Origin: a virus
Lineage: Duplodnaviria > Caudoviricetes
IMG/VR virus record: IMGVR_UViG_3300012979_000030
Span: 42,511 to 106,510 of that record
DNA length: 64,000 nucleotides
Direction: 5' to 3' (one strand)
The position numbers and the translations under genes are program-made. Of the stretch, positions 28,773-39,169 are shown one piece after another (the first letter of the stretch is position 1; every line of letters begins with the position of its first letter). Under the pieces are notes generated by a model. It had not been told where the DNA came from. It did not search any database and worked only from the letters and a program-made list of their open reading frames with translations.

Positions 28773-31391
28773 TTACCTATAATATACAGGGTGTTTAAGT
28801 GATACAAATTGAACACCAAATACATCTGCATCTGATTCATAGACTGGTTCACAAATTACTTCATAAAATAAGAAATCTTTATTATACCAATTATCACCAT
28901 ACTTGGTTTCTCTTTCATTCATCTTATTCAAATAGTATCTATTTGTTCCTGATTCATAATATCCCAAATCTAATGTTGGAAAATATTCCTTTGATAATTC
29001 TGTATTCAATTCATCAATATTTAAAACTTTTAAAATGTTTGCATCAAATTCAAAAACATCTCCTGTTTTAAATTCTTGTAAACATGAATAATAAACAGAA
29101 TTGTAAATTATAACATCACCAACATAATAATGTGTTTCTGATTCCCAATTCTTTGCTTTTTTTCTTTTCCATTCAGGCAATGATTCAACTTCATAATTTA
29201 AAAATCTTACATATAATGAACCATCTGTATCTGTTTTAACATCATCTTCTGTTATCAATGGTAGAACAATATCATATTCACTTGGAACATTTGTAATTTC
29301 TATCTTTGTATTATTTCTATCCAAACATAATGGGTTTATTATCTTTTTTAAATAATATGGTTCACATGATTCATCCATTAATAAAAAACTATTACCATTT
29401 TCATACAATTTTGAACCATCTACACCACAAGGATGAAACAAGATTTTTTTCATAAACACATTATTACTATCATATATACAATTGTGTTCATATTTAACAA
29501 TTTGATCATAATCATGTATATTCATATCATCTGATATTTTATATTCATTGGTTTTAATGTCTTTATACAAATAAACAATTCTGTTTATAGTTTTTATATC
29601 AAATAATTGTTGATTTCCTTGTGAATAATAATACTCACCACCAATTCTTTTAAGATATATCTTTTGTGATAAAATATCTCTCACATTTTTAAAGTTAAAT
29701 ACATTATATGTAACTCTTGGATTTGTCTTAATATCTCCATATATCTCTGCATTTGAATCATAAATTACATTATTGAAATTTAATTCTGAATCTTTGTGTA
29801 TCAATTCATCATCTTTCATTTGTTGTAATTTTAATTCAAAATCATAATTTCCATTTTTTATTTCTTTCCAATCATATGTTAATTCATCAATCTCTTTGTA
29901 AAATACTTCATAATTTTCAATTGACTCACCATAATTATTAACCTGGGAATGTGTTAAACCAACGGTTTTTCCAAATCTAACTACTTGTGCATTGCCAAAA
30001 TCTAACATATGTGATAAAATTTCTCTATCATAACAACACAATGTTGCAACATGAATTTTTGGAAATGAATCAACAATAAAATTACTATTATCACTTTTAT
30101 ACATAGTATTTGGATTAAATTGTGTCTTTATATCATTATATTCATCTCTGTATTCATTGTTTATTCTTAAATACAACTTTATTGAATTTTTTCCCAAACC
30201 TTGAGACAATTTCATAATAACATTTTTAATTGATGTTATGTATCTTGTTTCTGCTCTAATTGTAAATTTATATTCACCACTTTGTTGACTCTCTAAAACA
30301 CCACCAAATACACCATTATCATTCAATATTAAACCTTTGGGTATATTTCCATCACAAAGATAATATTTTATTATTTCACCATCTTCGGTTGTTGGTGAGG
30401 GAAGATATCCAATAACTTCATTACCAATATAATAATTACCCAAATCAATTGTATCTTCTGTTGGCCAAACTATTTGATGTTCTTTTGATACATCATTTGT
30501 TTTAATACTAAATTGTCTTGGTTCAGATTTTATTATTTCACCATCTGATAATTTTGTTGCAACAACATAGAAAAAATATTCATATAATTGAGTTGAAGTT
30601 ATTGAACCCTCAATTCTACCTGTCATTGCATTTATATATAATCCAGGTGGCAATCTATATTCATCACCAAATGATTTATCCAACTCATATGAAACTGTAC
30701 TTACACCAGCAACATCATATGCAACAACTCTAAATGTTGAAATCTCACCAAATGATAAATTACCCAAATTTCCTGGTTCAGTTATCCAAAGTGGTTTAGT
30801 TGATGATGTTGGTTTAATGATATGTAATTTAATTGATTTTTTTAGTGATGGTGTATATTCTATACCATCAACATATACATTAACATCAAAAGTATAATCT
30901 GTTTTGTTTTCATCCAATACATTCACAGAACCATATAATACACCATCTGTATTAAATCTTAAACCTTGTGGTAACTCACCACCAATTTTTTTAAAAATTT
31001 CATTTCCATTTTTATTCAACAATTTTAATTGGACATTTACCTCAGTATACATTGTTATATCCAATGTTTCATCAACAGAAGCATCCCATTCCAATTGTTT
31101 GTTAATTGATTGTATTTCAAAATATCTATCACTAAAATCTATTTTTTGACCATATTCATCATATTCTGTTAATCTTATCGTTACATAATAATTTTCATTT
31201 TTAACAATAGATGGTAAATTACCATAAATTCTAACATATCCATCACCCAATGTAATAGATACATTTTCAGGTAATGTAGATGATAAAATCTTCATATCTA
31301 CTGTCAAGGCATTAAAATATGATTTATAATCAACCAATGAATTTTCATTAGCAACTATATTATGTTCCTCATCGTTCCATATAATAGACAT
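28773..31391 (-). CDS. Baseplate wedge-like structural protein with putative Ig repeats
   Basis: GELPQGL, LPPGL...TG.I.G, GNIPKGL repeats; PLWITEPGNLG; C-terminal WESETHYYVGDVIIYN module. Confidence 0.7.
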   Translation of the reverse strand: MSIIWNDEEHNIVANENSLVDYKSYFNALTVDMKILSSTLPENVSITLGDGYVRIYGNLPSIVKNENYYVTIRLTEYDEYGQKIDFSDRYFEIQSINKQLEWDASVDETLDITMYTEVNVQLKLLNKNGNEIFKKIGGELPQGLRFNTDGVLYGSVNVLDENKTDYTFDVNVYVDGIEYTPSLKKSIKLHIIKPTSSTKPLWITEPGNLGNLSFGEISTFRVVAYDVAGVSTVSYELDKSFGDEYRLPPGLYINAMTGRIEGSITSTQLYEYFFYVVATKLSDGEIIKSEPRQFSIKTNDVSKEHQIVWPTEDTIDLGNYYIGNEVIGYLPSPTTEDGEIIKYYLCDGNIPKGLILNDNGVFGGVLESQQSGEYKFTIRAETRYITSIKNVIMKLSQGLGKNSIKLYLRINNEYRDEYNDIKTQFNPNTMYKSDNSNFIVDSFPKIHVATLCCYDREILSHMLDFGNAQVVRFGKTVGLTHSQVNNYGESIENYEVFYKEIDELTYDWKEIKNGNYDFELKLQQMKDDELIHKDSELNFNNVIYDSNAEIYGDIKTNPRVTYNVFNFKNVRDILSQKIYLKRIGGEYYYSQGNQQLFDIKTINRIVYLYKDIKTNEYKISDDMNIHDYDQIVKYEHNCIYDSNNVFMKKILFHPCGVDGSKLYENGNSFLLMDESCEPYYLKKIINPLCLDRNNTKIEITNVPSEYDIVLPLITEDDVKTDTDGSLYVRFLNYEVESLPEWKRKKAKNWESETHYYVGDVIIYNSVYYSCLQEFKTGDVFEFDANILKVLNIDELNTELSKEYFPTLDLGYYESGTNRYYLNKMNERETKYGDNWYNKDFLFYEVICEPVYESDADVFGVQFVSLKHPVYYR

Positions 31392-31394
31392 TTA

Positions 31395-32015
31395 TTAATA
31401 TCCTTTTGATAATGATATTATCTTATCAATTTCTCCAATCATTTCATCACTTAAACAACAATCATTAGTTGCTGGTTCATCTGAATAACAATCATCTGTG
31501 GCACAAATAGTAAATGTTGTTGGTTTACAATCATAGCGAGACATATCAACATCATAATTTGAAAAACAACTTGGTCTTAATGTTTCTATCTCACCACAAT
31601 CATATCCTTTCCAAAATTGTTCTAATTCAGAGTTAGAAGCACCATAACCATTGTCTTTTTCATCTGTTATAATTTCACCAGCAACTAATGAATAATCCCT
31701 ACCATCAGATGATAATTCTATATCATTTTCAGCATATTCTTGACCTAAATCATATGCATTTTGCAAATCTTCATCTGAATTCATATCTTCATTTTTTGTT
31801 TGAACATCAGCAATTAAACAATCATATACTTCCATTGTTAATGGATTTGTTCCATCAGAAAATGCAACCAATTTCTCCATAACTTTGTGCATTGCAACAT
31901 CATCTTTAGCATCTTCATGCATAAATTCAAACAATCTCATCAACAATGACATTGATAAAATAATATTTTTATTATTTGTTTTATTATTAATACTTCCTAA
32001 AACAGAATCTGACAT
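31395..32015 (-). CDS. Hypothetical acidic protein
   Basis: LLMRLFEFMHEDAKDD N-terminal domain; AGGAG RBS; upstream TATAAATA. Confidence 0.7.
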   Translation of the reverse strand: MSDSVLGSINNKTNNKNIILSMSLLMRLFEFMHEDAKDDVAMHKVMEKLVAFSDGTNPLTMEVYDCLIADVQTKNEDMNSDEDLQNAYDLGQEYAENDIELSSDGRDYSLVAGEIITDEKDNGYGASNSELEQFWKGYDCGEIETLRPSCFSNYDVDMSRYDCKPTTFTICATDDCYSDEPATNDCCLSDEMIGEIDKIISLSKGY

Positions 32016-32061
32016 AATTACATCTCCTATTACATTCTTATATGTAATTATTTATAAAAAG

Positions 32062-32088
32062 AAACCCCATAGTAATGCTATGGGGTTT
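32062..32088 (-). terminator. Intrinsic terminator after groEL
   Basis: AAACCCCATAG-TAATG-CTATGGGGTTT. Confidence 0.85.
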
Positions 32089-32109
32089 TATACAAACACT
32101 TATTAATTT

Positions 32110-33732
32110 TTACATCTGAGGATGTTTCATTAATTGATTCATTTTAATAATTTCATCAATATCATCAATGATTAAACCCTCTACTGTTAATAGTGAACCT
32201 GCAACAGATGAACCATTTTCAAGAGCACATCTAACAACCTTGGTTGCATCAATAATACCTCTTTCCATTAAATCACAATATTCATCTTTACTAGCATCAT
32301 ATCCAAAATTAAAGTCTTCATTCTCTTTAACTTTTTCAATTACAACTTCACCAGATTTACCTGCATTTTCTGCAATTACTTTTAATTGAGATTCAATTGC
32401 TTTAATGACAATGGAATAACCAATTGATTCATCTTTTGATAAGTGTTCATGTGTACCAATCTCTTTGATGGATTTGATTAATGAAATACCACCGCCAGGT
32501 AAGATACCTTCTTCTAATGCTGCTCTTGTTGCACAAACTGCATCATCAACACGGTCTTTGATTTCATTTAATTCAACCTCGGTTGCTGCACCAACTCTAA
32601 TAATTGCAACACCTGATACTAATCTTGCCAATCGTTCTCTTATTTTTTCTTTATCATATGCTGATTGAGAGTTTTCAATTTCTCCCTTGATTTGTGTAAC
32701 TCTTTCTTCAATAGTGTCATTATCACCCATACCATTGATAATAACTGTTTCATTTGGTGAAATTTTAATTTTACCACAACTTCCTAAAACAGATACTCCA
32801 ATCTTTTCTAAGTCATTACCTAAAATTGCAGATACAAATTGCCCACCAGTTAAAATTGCAATATCTTCCATTGTGGATTTTCTAATGTCACCAAATGATG
32901 GTGCTTTTACAACACATGATTTTAATGTACCCTTTAAATGGTTTTGGATTAATGCACCCAATGCTGAATCATCCATTTCATCAACAATCATTACTAATGG
33001 TCTTCCTGTATGTGAAACTTCTTCCAATAAAGGTAAAATTGATTTTAAGTTATTAATCTTGCCATCATATAAAAATATCAATGGATTATCAAATTCAACT
33101 GTTTGTTTTTCTAAGTTTGTCATAAAATATGGAGACAAATAACCTTGGTCAATTTGGAGACCTTCAACAAATTCTAACTCCGTTTTTAGACCTTTTGCCT
33201 CTTCAACAGTTACAACACCCCATTTACCAACTCTATCAATTGCACTTGCAATCAATCCACCAATTTCTTCATCACCATTTGCTGAAATTGTTGCTAATTG
33301 TTTAATTTCTTCATTTGTTGTAATTTCTTTAGAATGTGATTTTATGGTATCAACTAAATCTCTAACTGCTAAATCAATGCCTTTTTTAAGTTGAACAGAT
33401 TTGCAACCTCTGTCAATATATTTTAAACCTTCTTCTGCAATTGCTTCTGCAATAATACAAGTGTTTGTTGTTCCATCACCAGCATCTTTACCAGTTTTTT
33501 CAGATGCTTGAATAATTAATTTGGCACCCTCACCCTCTTCTTTTGATAACTCAAAAGATTTAGCAACAGTAATACCATCTTTTGTGATTTTTGTTGCACC
33601 CCAAGGTTGTTGGATAGCAATTGTTCTACCACTAGGACCAGCAGTTGCTGAAACAGCTTCAGAAACTAATTTCATACCTTTAAACAATTTGGTTCTTGCT
33701 TCATCACCACTAATATATTTTTTAATTGTCAT
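32110..33732 (-). CDS. groEL: Chaperonin GroEL
   Basis: TKDGITVAK, AGDGTT, TISANGD, GYLSPYF, KAPSFGD, ERLARL, EEGILPGGG, IIDATKV. Confidence 0.97.
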   Translation of the reverse strand: MTIKKYISGDEARTKLFKGMKLVSEAVSATAGPSGRTIAIQQPWGATKITKDGITVAKSFELSKEEGEGAKLIIQASEKTGKDAGDGTTNTCIIAEAIAEEGLKYIDRGCKSVQLKKGIDLAVRDLVDTIKSHSKEITTNEEIKQLATISANGDEEIGGLIASAIDRVGKWGVVTVEEAKGLKTELEFVEGLQIDQGYLSPYFMTNLEKQTVEFDNPLIFLYDGKINNLKSILPLLEEVSHTGRPLVMIVDEMDDSALGALIQNHLKGTLKSCVVKAPSFGDIRKSTMEDIAILTGGQFVSAILGNDLEKIGVSVLGSCGKIKISPNETVIINGMGDNDTIEERVTQIKGEIENSQSAYDKEKIRERLARLVSGVAIIRVGAATEVELNEIKDRVDDAVCATRAALEEGILPGGGISLIKSIKEIGTHEHLSKDESIGYSIVIKAIESQLKVIAENAGKSGEVVIEKVKENEDFNFGYDASKDEYCDLMERGIIDATKVVRCALENGSSVAGSLLTVEGLIIDDIDEIIKMNQLMKHPQM

Positions 33733-33741
33733 CCATTTCTC

Positions 33742-34029
33742 CTATCTAATAATACCTAAAATTTCTTCTTCTTTAAGAATAGTATATTCTACACCATCTT
33801 CTTCAAATTTTTGTCCACCAAGTCTCAAAAAGAAAACTCTATCATTTGGTTTAACAGTTGTTGGTGTTAAAACACCTGTTTGTTCATGGACTTTACCTGG
33901 ACCAACAGTAATAACTGTTCCTGTTGATGGTTTTTCTTTTGAATTATCAGGAATATAAATTCCACCAGATGAAACTTCTTTTTCTTCATCTTTTTTAACT
34001 ACAACATAATTAAATAAAGGTTCTAACAT
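33742..34029 (-). CDS. groES: Co-chaperonin GroES
   Basis: PLFNYVVV, SGGIYIPD..KEKP, VITVGPG, EEEILGI. Confidence 0.95.
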   Translation of the reverse strand: MLEPLFNYVVVKKDEEKEVSSGGIYIPDNSKEKPSTGTVITVGPGKVHEQTGVLTPTTVKPNDRVFFLRLGGQKFEEDGVEYTILKEEEILGIIR

Positions 34030-34109
34030 ATGTATTTCTCCTCAATTATTATATAACTGAGTTATAATAACATATTATTTAAAGAATTACAAAAATATTT
34101 TTTATTCAA

Positions 34110-34982
34110 TTAAAGCGGTGCATTAACCTTATGGGTTTCTATTGTTAGTGTTTGTGGTCCTTCAACAACTGTGTACCAATCCTGTTCAACATAAGGATAT
34201 TCTGGATGGTCACCCCACTCATCATTTATTGTTATTCCAACACAACATGATAATCCCTCTGATTGCGTAGCAACCAATAAGTTGTCACCTGTATTACAGT
34301 TAATTGTTTTTCCATTTAATTCAGATGCTATTGATACTGGATTTGATACTTCACCACGTGTTCCACATGAATAATCACCAACAGAGCAATATACAAGTGG
34401 GATTCCACTTGTTTCTATTATGTTGAATGTAATAGATGCAGTATATGATGATAATTCTAATACAATGTTCTCTGTTGTATCTTCATTTATAATCACAGAG
34501 GCAGATTGTGTAGTATATCCATCCTTACTTACACTATAATTAACAGAAGTTCCATTAGCTACCGTAATACTATTACCATCTTGTGTATATCCATCTGCTG
34601 TTAAAGTAACTATTGCATCACTTGGTGTTGGATTAATTGTGAATGTGTAGTTTTCACCATTGGTTTTTTTAATAGTGTATTCAACTGTTGCATCTGATGG
34701 TGTTGTATTAATGACAACTGTTTTTGTATCCATAAAACCTACAACAATATAATCAAAACTTTTATATATATCGGTTTCTTTTGTTACATTATTTGAAAAT
34801 TTTGGTATAATAAAACCAGTCGTTGAAACAATTGGGTCAATAATACTTTGTTTTATATCTCCATTAATATCTTTCCAATATATATTAACAGATGGTTCAG
34901 AATCAAATTCAAAGTCAAATTCTTTTTCTATTTGATTATATGTATATGTTCCTGTTATAAATGATTCTGTCATATTACACAT
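34110..34982 (-). CDS. Virion protein with PEGA-like module
   Basis: FTINPTPSDAIVTL...YSVSKDGY; Thr/Ser-rich. Confidence 0.65.
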   Translation of the reverse strand: MCNMTESFITGTYTYNQIEKEFDFEFDSEPSVNIYWKDINGDIKQSIIDPIVSTTGFIIPKFSNNVTKETDIYKSFDYIVVGFMDTKTVVINTTPSDATVEYTIKKTNGENYTFTINPTPSDAIVTLTADGYTQDGNSITVANGTSVNYSVSKDGYTTQSASVIINEDTTENIVLELSSYTASITFNIIETSGIPLVYCSVGDYSCGTRGEVSNPVSIASELNGKTINCNTGDNLLVATQSEGLSCCVGITINDEWGDHPEYPYVEQDWYTVVEGPQTLTIETHKVNAPL

Positions 34983-34988
34983 CCCTTA

Positions 34989-35261
34989 TTATGAAATTTC
35001 ATATGTTGTTTCAATACTATCTGTATATGAATATATACCATCAGAGTTTATTACTTCAAATTCAACAATTGCATTTTCTGGTAATGTTTTTATAGTAAAT
35101 GTATAATCTGTTGACACTTCCAAAATAACGGGTATTGTTTTTGTTTCATCAGCAATAATTTGGTTTCTCTTTGTTTTATAACCATCTGCTTCAACAGCAT
35201 ATCTAATTGTTGAACCTTTTGGTACTGTTATTTTATTTCCATCTTGTATATATATACTCAT
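34989..35261 (-). CDS. Small PEGA-like protein with module halves in permuted order
   Basis: QDGNKITVPKGSTIRYAVEADGY precedes YTFTIKTLPENAIVEF. Confidence 0.6.
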   Translation of the reverse strand: MSIYIQDGNKITVPKGSTIRYAVEADGYKTKRNQIIADETKTIPVILEVSTDYTFTIKTLPENAIVEFEVINSDGIYSYTDSIETTYEIS

Positions 35262-35278
35262 GATTTAACCTTGTATTT

Positions 35279-36097
35279 TCATCCCTTAATTGCTTTCAAC
35301 AAATCATATACTGTTAATACTTCTTCTTTAAAATCTTCTGGGATACCATCAAATATTTTATCACCACCACTTGCTCTAACAAATTCTTTTGAATTACTTA
35401 TTATTGTTTCATTGTTTATATTATCAACTGTTCCATAAACATCTAATTCAGTTGATGTATATGTTTTAAACCCAATTTCTGGATTTGGAATTGTGTATAT
35501 TTGTGTTTCTACTTGTTCAGTTATATTTGACCAACACCACGCTTTATTCAACCTATTTACAATGTTTGATAATGACATATCATTTGATATTGCCCCATCA
35601 TCTGTAATATAACATACCCATTCGGGGTGAAGATTGGCAATATCTTGTTCTTGATATTCTGCTAATGTCCCAACCCATGTATATGTTGTTGATTCACCAT
35701 CAGCATTTTTATTTACAATACCAATAACTTGTAGTTCATCATTATCATTTTTTGTTATTGTTGTTTCATCAACTCCCATATATCCACTAGAACTAATCAT
35801 TTTTGTTCCATCATAAACATATGAATATCCTGTGGATTTTGAAATATATATAATATCACTTTCTGGTATTATACCATTATCCCAACCATTATTATATGTG
35901 AATATTTTATTATCGGTTGATGAATAATATCTATCACCATTTGTTGGGTTCAATGGTTCTTCACCAACAGATGACAACATTATAACATTTTCATCTTCAA
36001 CAAAATATAATTCACCAACAGATGGTTCTATATCATTATATTGTTTTTTTGATAAAATGTTTATTTGTAAATTAGTTGTTGATATATCAGTTGACAT
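35279..36097 (-). CDS. Putative tail-fibre-related protein
   Basis: INILSKKQY, GELYF, GDRYY, VDETTI, WVGTLAEY...YITDD motifs common in fibre proteins. Confidence 0.6.
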   Translation of the reverse strand: MSTDISTTNLQINILSKKQYNDIEPSVGELYFVEDENVIMLSSVGEEPLNPTNGDRYYSSTDNKIFTYNNGWDNGIIPESDIIYISKSTGYSYVYDGTKMISSSGYMGVDETTITKNDNDELQVIGIVNKNADGESTTYTWVGTLAEYQEQDIANLHPEWVCYITDDGAISNDMSLSNIVNRLNKAWCWSNITEQVETQIYTIPNPEIGFKTYTSTELDVYGTVDNINNETIISNSKEFVRASGGDKIFDGIPEDFKEEVLTVYDLLKAIKG

Positions 36098-36181
36098 ATT
36101 GTTTCCTTAAATATTTGTATAAAATTATTTATTCTATGTTTTATATCATAAATATCTTTAACCAATGAATTAAGGAATATT

Positions 36182-36733
36182 ATGATTTTAAATCAAAATA
36201 TGAAAGTATATGATGATGGGTATATAAAATTTAAATACTCCCAATATTGTAATTTAGTCAAGGAGAAACTAAGGACTCATCAAAAACCACATGATAGAAG
36301 GTATAAACAGGGGTTTTTTGTTCCTTTACACCCATCTAAATGTATGAATGTTATGGAAACAAGTGAACCACAAGTTATAGTTTATAGAAGTGATTGGGAA
36401 AGAAAATTTGCAGAAAAATGTGATGAAACACAATCTGTAATAAGATGGGGGTCAGAACTTGTAAAAATACTATATAAGAATCCAGTAAAAAACAAGATGT
36501 CTTTCTATGTCCCAGACTTTTACATAGAATATCTGGATACAAATAAGCAATTAAAAAAAATGTTAATAGAAATAAAACCAATGGGGCAATCAAAATTAAG
36601 AGAGGCGAACAATGGTTATGATAAATTACAATTTGCCATTAACACTATGAAATGGGCAAGTGCAATTGATTTTTGCAAAAAAAGAAATATAGAATTTAAA
36701 GTTATGACAGAAAGAGAACTAGGCATATATTAA
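36182..36733 (+). CDS. Head completion nuclease (T4 gp4-like, TnsA-N fold)
   Basis: YKQG.F.P.HP.K, VYRSDWE, WGSE, YVPDF, LIEIKP, N..KW..A..FC, F.VMTE. Confidence 0.9.
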   Translation: MILNQNMKVYDDGYIKFKYSQYCNLVKEKLRTHQKPHDRRYKQGFFVPLHPSKCMNVMETSEPQVIVYRSDWERKFAEKCDETQSVIRWGSELVKILYKNPVKNKMSFYVPDFYIEYLDTNKQLKKMLIEIKPMGQSKLREANNGYDKLQFAINTMKWASAIDFCKKRNIEFKVMTERELGIY

Positions 36734-37287
36734 TCAATCATTGACCATAAATCAATTTCACATTTACTCATGTCTATGTCATCACTAGCAAATATACACT
36801 CAGGATATATGACTTCTTCACCAAATTCTTTTGAATATACTTTTGTTCTTGAATTTGACTTATTACCAATAGGCATAACTAATAAATTTTTCTTTGGTAA
36901 TTTACCAACAAAATGTTCAATTGGATTTGGATTAATAGATTGTATTTCAACATCCATTATCTTTGGAACACCAGGACAAAAAGGATTAAATACCGGTATT
37001 TGATTATCATAGTGTAATAATTCTTCAATTGGTGTCAAATGACATTGATAATCATGATCATTTGTTGCCAATACTCTCCAATTTAATGGTAACTCGATAT
37101 TATATGTTCCACCAATCAGTAGTCTTACTGATGGATAACGGTAAGATATATATGTTGTGATTTTTTTAAAATAAAAATCTTGATATTCTTTATCTGCATA
37201 ATCATAAACACATATTTTATTATCTATCAATTTACTGGATGGTTGATTTAAATCAAATCGTTCAAGTGGTGAAACCAAAACTTCCAT
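36730..37287 (-). CDS. Hypothetical protein
   Basis: 185-aa ORF translationally coupled to the upstream gene. Confidence 0.75.
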   Translation of the reverse strand: MEVLVSPLERFDLNQPSSKLIDNKICVYDYADKEYQDFYFKKITTYISYRYPSVRLLIGGTYNIELPLNWRVLATNDHDYQCHLTPIEELLHYDNQIPVFNPFCPGVPKIMDVEIQSINPNPIEHFVGKLPKKNLLVMPIGNKSNSRTKVYSKEFGEEVIYPECIFASDDIDMSKCEIDLWSMID

Positions 37288-37508
37288 TATAAACCTCTCT
37301 TATTTTTTGTTATTTGTAATACCCATTCAAGTGCTTCAATTTGATTCTTAATAATATTATAGGTAACATCTTGTGTTAAAAGTATCGGTAATCCATTTAT
37401 AGAACTAATTGGAGTTCTATTATTCCAATGTTCTACATATTTTTCCAATCCAGCTTTCATTATTCTTATTTTATCTTTTATTTCTTCTTCTGTTTTCATA
37501 TTATACAC
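37287..37508 (-). CDS. Hypothetical protein
   Basis: Ends QIEALEWVL; own TTGACA-type promoter near 37522-37550. Confidence 0.65.
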   Translation of the reverse strand: MYNMKTEEEIKDKIRIMKAGLEKYVEHWNNRTPISSINGLPILLTQDVTYNIIKNQIEALEWVLQITKNKRGL

Positions 37509-37555
37509 CTATTATGTAATGAAGTTACATCACCTTTTTACATTTGTCAATAATA

Positions 37556-39073
37556 TTATTTCCATTTTTCAACTTCTAATACTTTGAAGTTAAACTCTTT
37601 ACTATTATAGTAATGTATTCTATCATTAAAATGTTTTTTACTAAATTTTGTTGTAGAAAATATATCAAATATATTACAATGATCCTTATCTCTACCAAGT
37701 CTCAATCCTCTGCCAATACTCTGTATTGATTTCACAAATGACTTCCCATAATCCAACAAAACAACATTAAACAACCTATCAATGCTTAAACCCGTTGCGG
37801 CAATTTGACTTGTTGCAATAATGCATTTATTATTCTCTGTTTTAATGGATTCATATTCTCTAAATCTATCTTTTGATTTAACAGAACCATCTAAGAATAT
37901 ACAATCACTTCCTAATTGTTTTATAACACTTTCCAAGTATTCTCCACATTTAATTCTATTAACCAACACTAATGTGTTTCCTTGTGATTGAACAATGTTG
38001 TGTATAAGAGTTCCAATAAAATTCAATCTATCAACATTTGTGGACAAATATTCCAATTCATCAGCAAAGAATCTAAATTCACTATCATCTATCAATTTAA
38101 TACAACTTATATCACATTTTGCTAGAATACCCTTATCCTGTAATTCTTTTGAACCAAGAGTGTGTGCTACATGACCTATTCCACAAACAATACAATACTT
38201 ATCAACTTTTTGTTTTGGAATAGTTCCTGTTAAACCCCACCTTAATGGGACATCTTTAAATGTGCTTTCACATATCTTTTTACAATTATATGATTTCATT
38301 TGGTGTGCTTCATCAAAAACAACACCAACTGTCCCAGATACCAATTGTTGTAATTCTTCTTGTGATAATTCTGATTGTTCTTTTGTGATTATTTGTTTAC
38401 CATCTTTCTTACCACCGGATTTTCTTCTTTCCAATGAGTCAATAGTTTGCCATGTACAAATTGTAATTTTTTTATCTAATTCTCTAAAACCACAACCACA
38501 AACACCACATTCTACACACAAATCTCTAAAAACTTGTGCTGTTTGTAGTGTTAAATCTTTACTTGGTTCAATTAGAATAAATCTACCATACTTAGAAACT
38601 TCTAATGCAAGCATCATAGCAACAACCGACTTTCCGGAACCTGTGGCAGCATCAACAATACATCTTGGATTACTTAGGCATGCATTAACAATATCAACTT
38701 GGTGTTCATATATTTGAACAGGTTGACCCTCTAATCTATGTCCTTTTGGCCAACATCTATCTTCTAAATATGTTTCATCAATCATATCAAATACAGGTTC
38801 TTGTATAAGATTATTAGGGTAAATTCTTTCAACTTGATACTTTGACATATCAATAATTTCAAATAATTCTGGTAAAAGATTTACATAAAATAACCCTGTT
38901 AGTGTAAAATAATGGTCATAACCATCCCATACCCCAAGTTTGTATTTTGGTGTAAATCTTGCATTTGGAACAAACAAGGAAAAATGGTCATATGCCTTAT
39001 TCCTATCCTCTGTTGTTAAACCAAATACCTGACATCTAACATAATCTTTATAAACTATTTGTAATTTATTCAT
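37556..39073 (-). CDS. uvsW: UvsW-like SF2 DNA helicase
   Basis: YKLGVWDG, ATGSGKS, DEAH, GLTGT, TGLSI, QSIGRGLR. Confidence 0.9.
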   Translation of the reverse strand: MNKLQIVYKDYVRCQVFGLTTEDRNKAYDHFSLFVPNARFTPKYKLGVWDGYDHYFTLTGLFYVNLLPELFEIIDMSKYQVERIYPNNLIQEPVFDMIDETYLEDRCWPKGHRLEGQPVQIYEHQVDIVNACLSNPRCIVDAATGSGKSVVAMMLALEVSKYGRFILIEPSKDLTLQTAQVFRDLCVECGVCGCGFRELDKKITICTWQTIDSLERRKSGGKKDGKQIITKEQSELSQEELQQLVSGTVGVVFDEAHQMKSYNCKKICESTFKDVPLRWGLTGTIPKQKVDKYCIVCGIGHVAHTLGSKELQDKGILAKCDISCIKLIDDSEFRFFADELEYLSTNVDRLNFIGTLIHNIVQSQGNTLVLVNRIKCGEYLESVIKQLGSDCIFLDGSVKSKDRFREYESIKTENNKCIIATSQIAATGLSIDRLFNVVLLDYGKSFVKSIQSIGRGLRLGRDKDHCNIFDIFSTTKFSKKHFNDRIHYYNSKEFNFKVLEVEKWK

Positions 39074-39101
39074 TTTTTATCCATATATCATAAAACATTT
39101 T

Positions 39102-39130
39102 ATTATACCATTCAGACAAAAGATTGTCAA
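39102..39130 (-). promoter_or_regulatory. Consensus sigma70 promoter of uvsW
   Basis: TTGACA-17 bp-TATAAT. Confidence 0.85.
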
Positions 39131-39169
39131 ATAAATAATATTATATAAAAATAATATAAGGACACAATA

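Noticed and set aside
33733-33744. groES TAG is in frame with groEL (possible read-through fusion)
   Set aside because: GroES ends at its canonical C-terminus and the spacer region carries groEL's own GGAG RBS; in-frame phase has a 1-in-3 chance.
36182-36733. TnsA / Tn7 transposon
   Set aside because: The motifs match the T4 gp4 head-completion nuclease, and no tnsB/tnsC or transposon ends are present.
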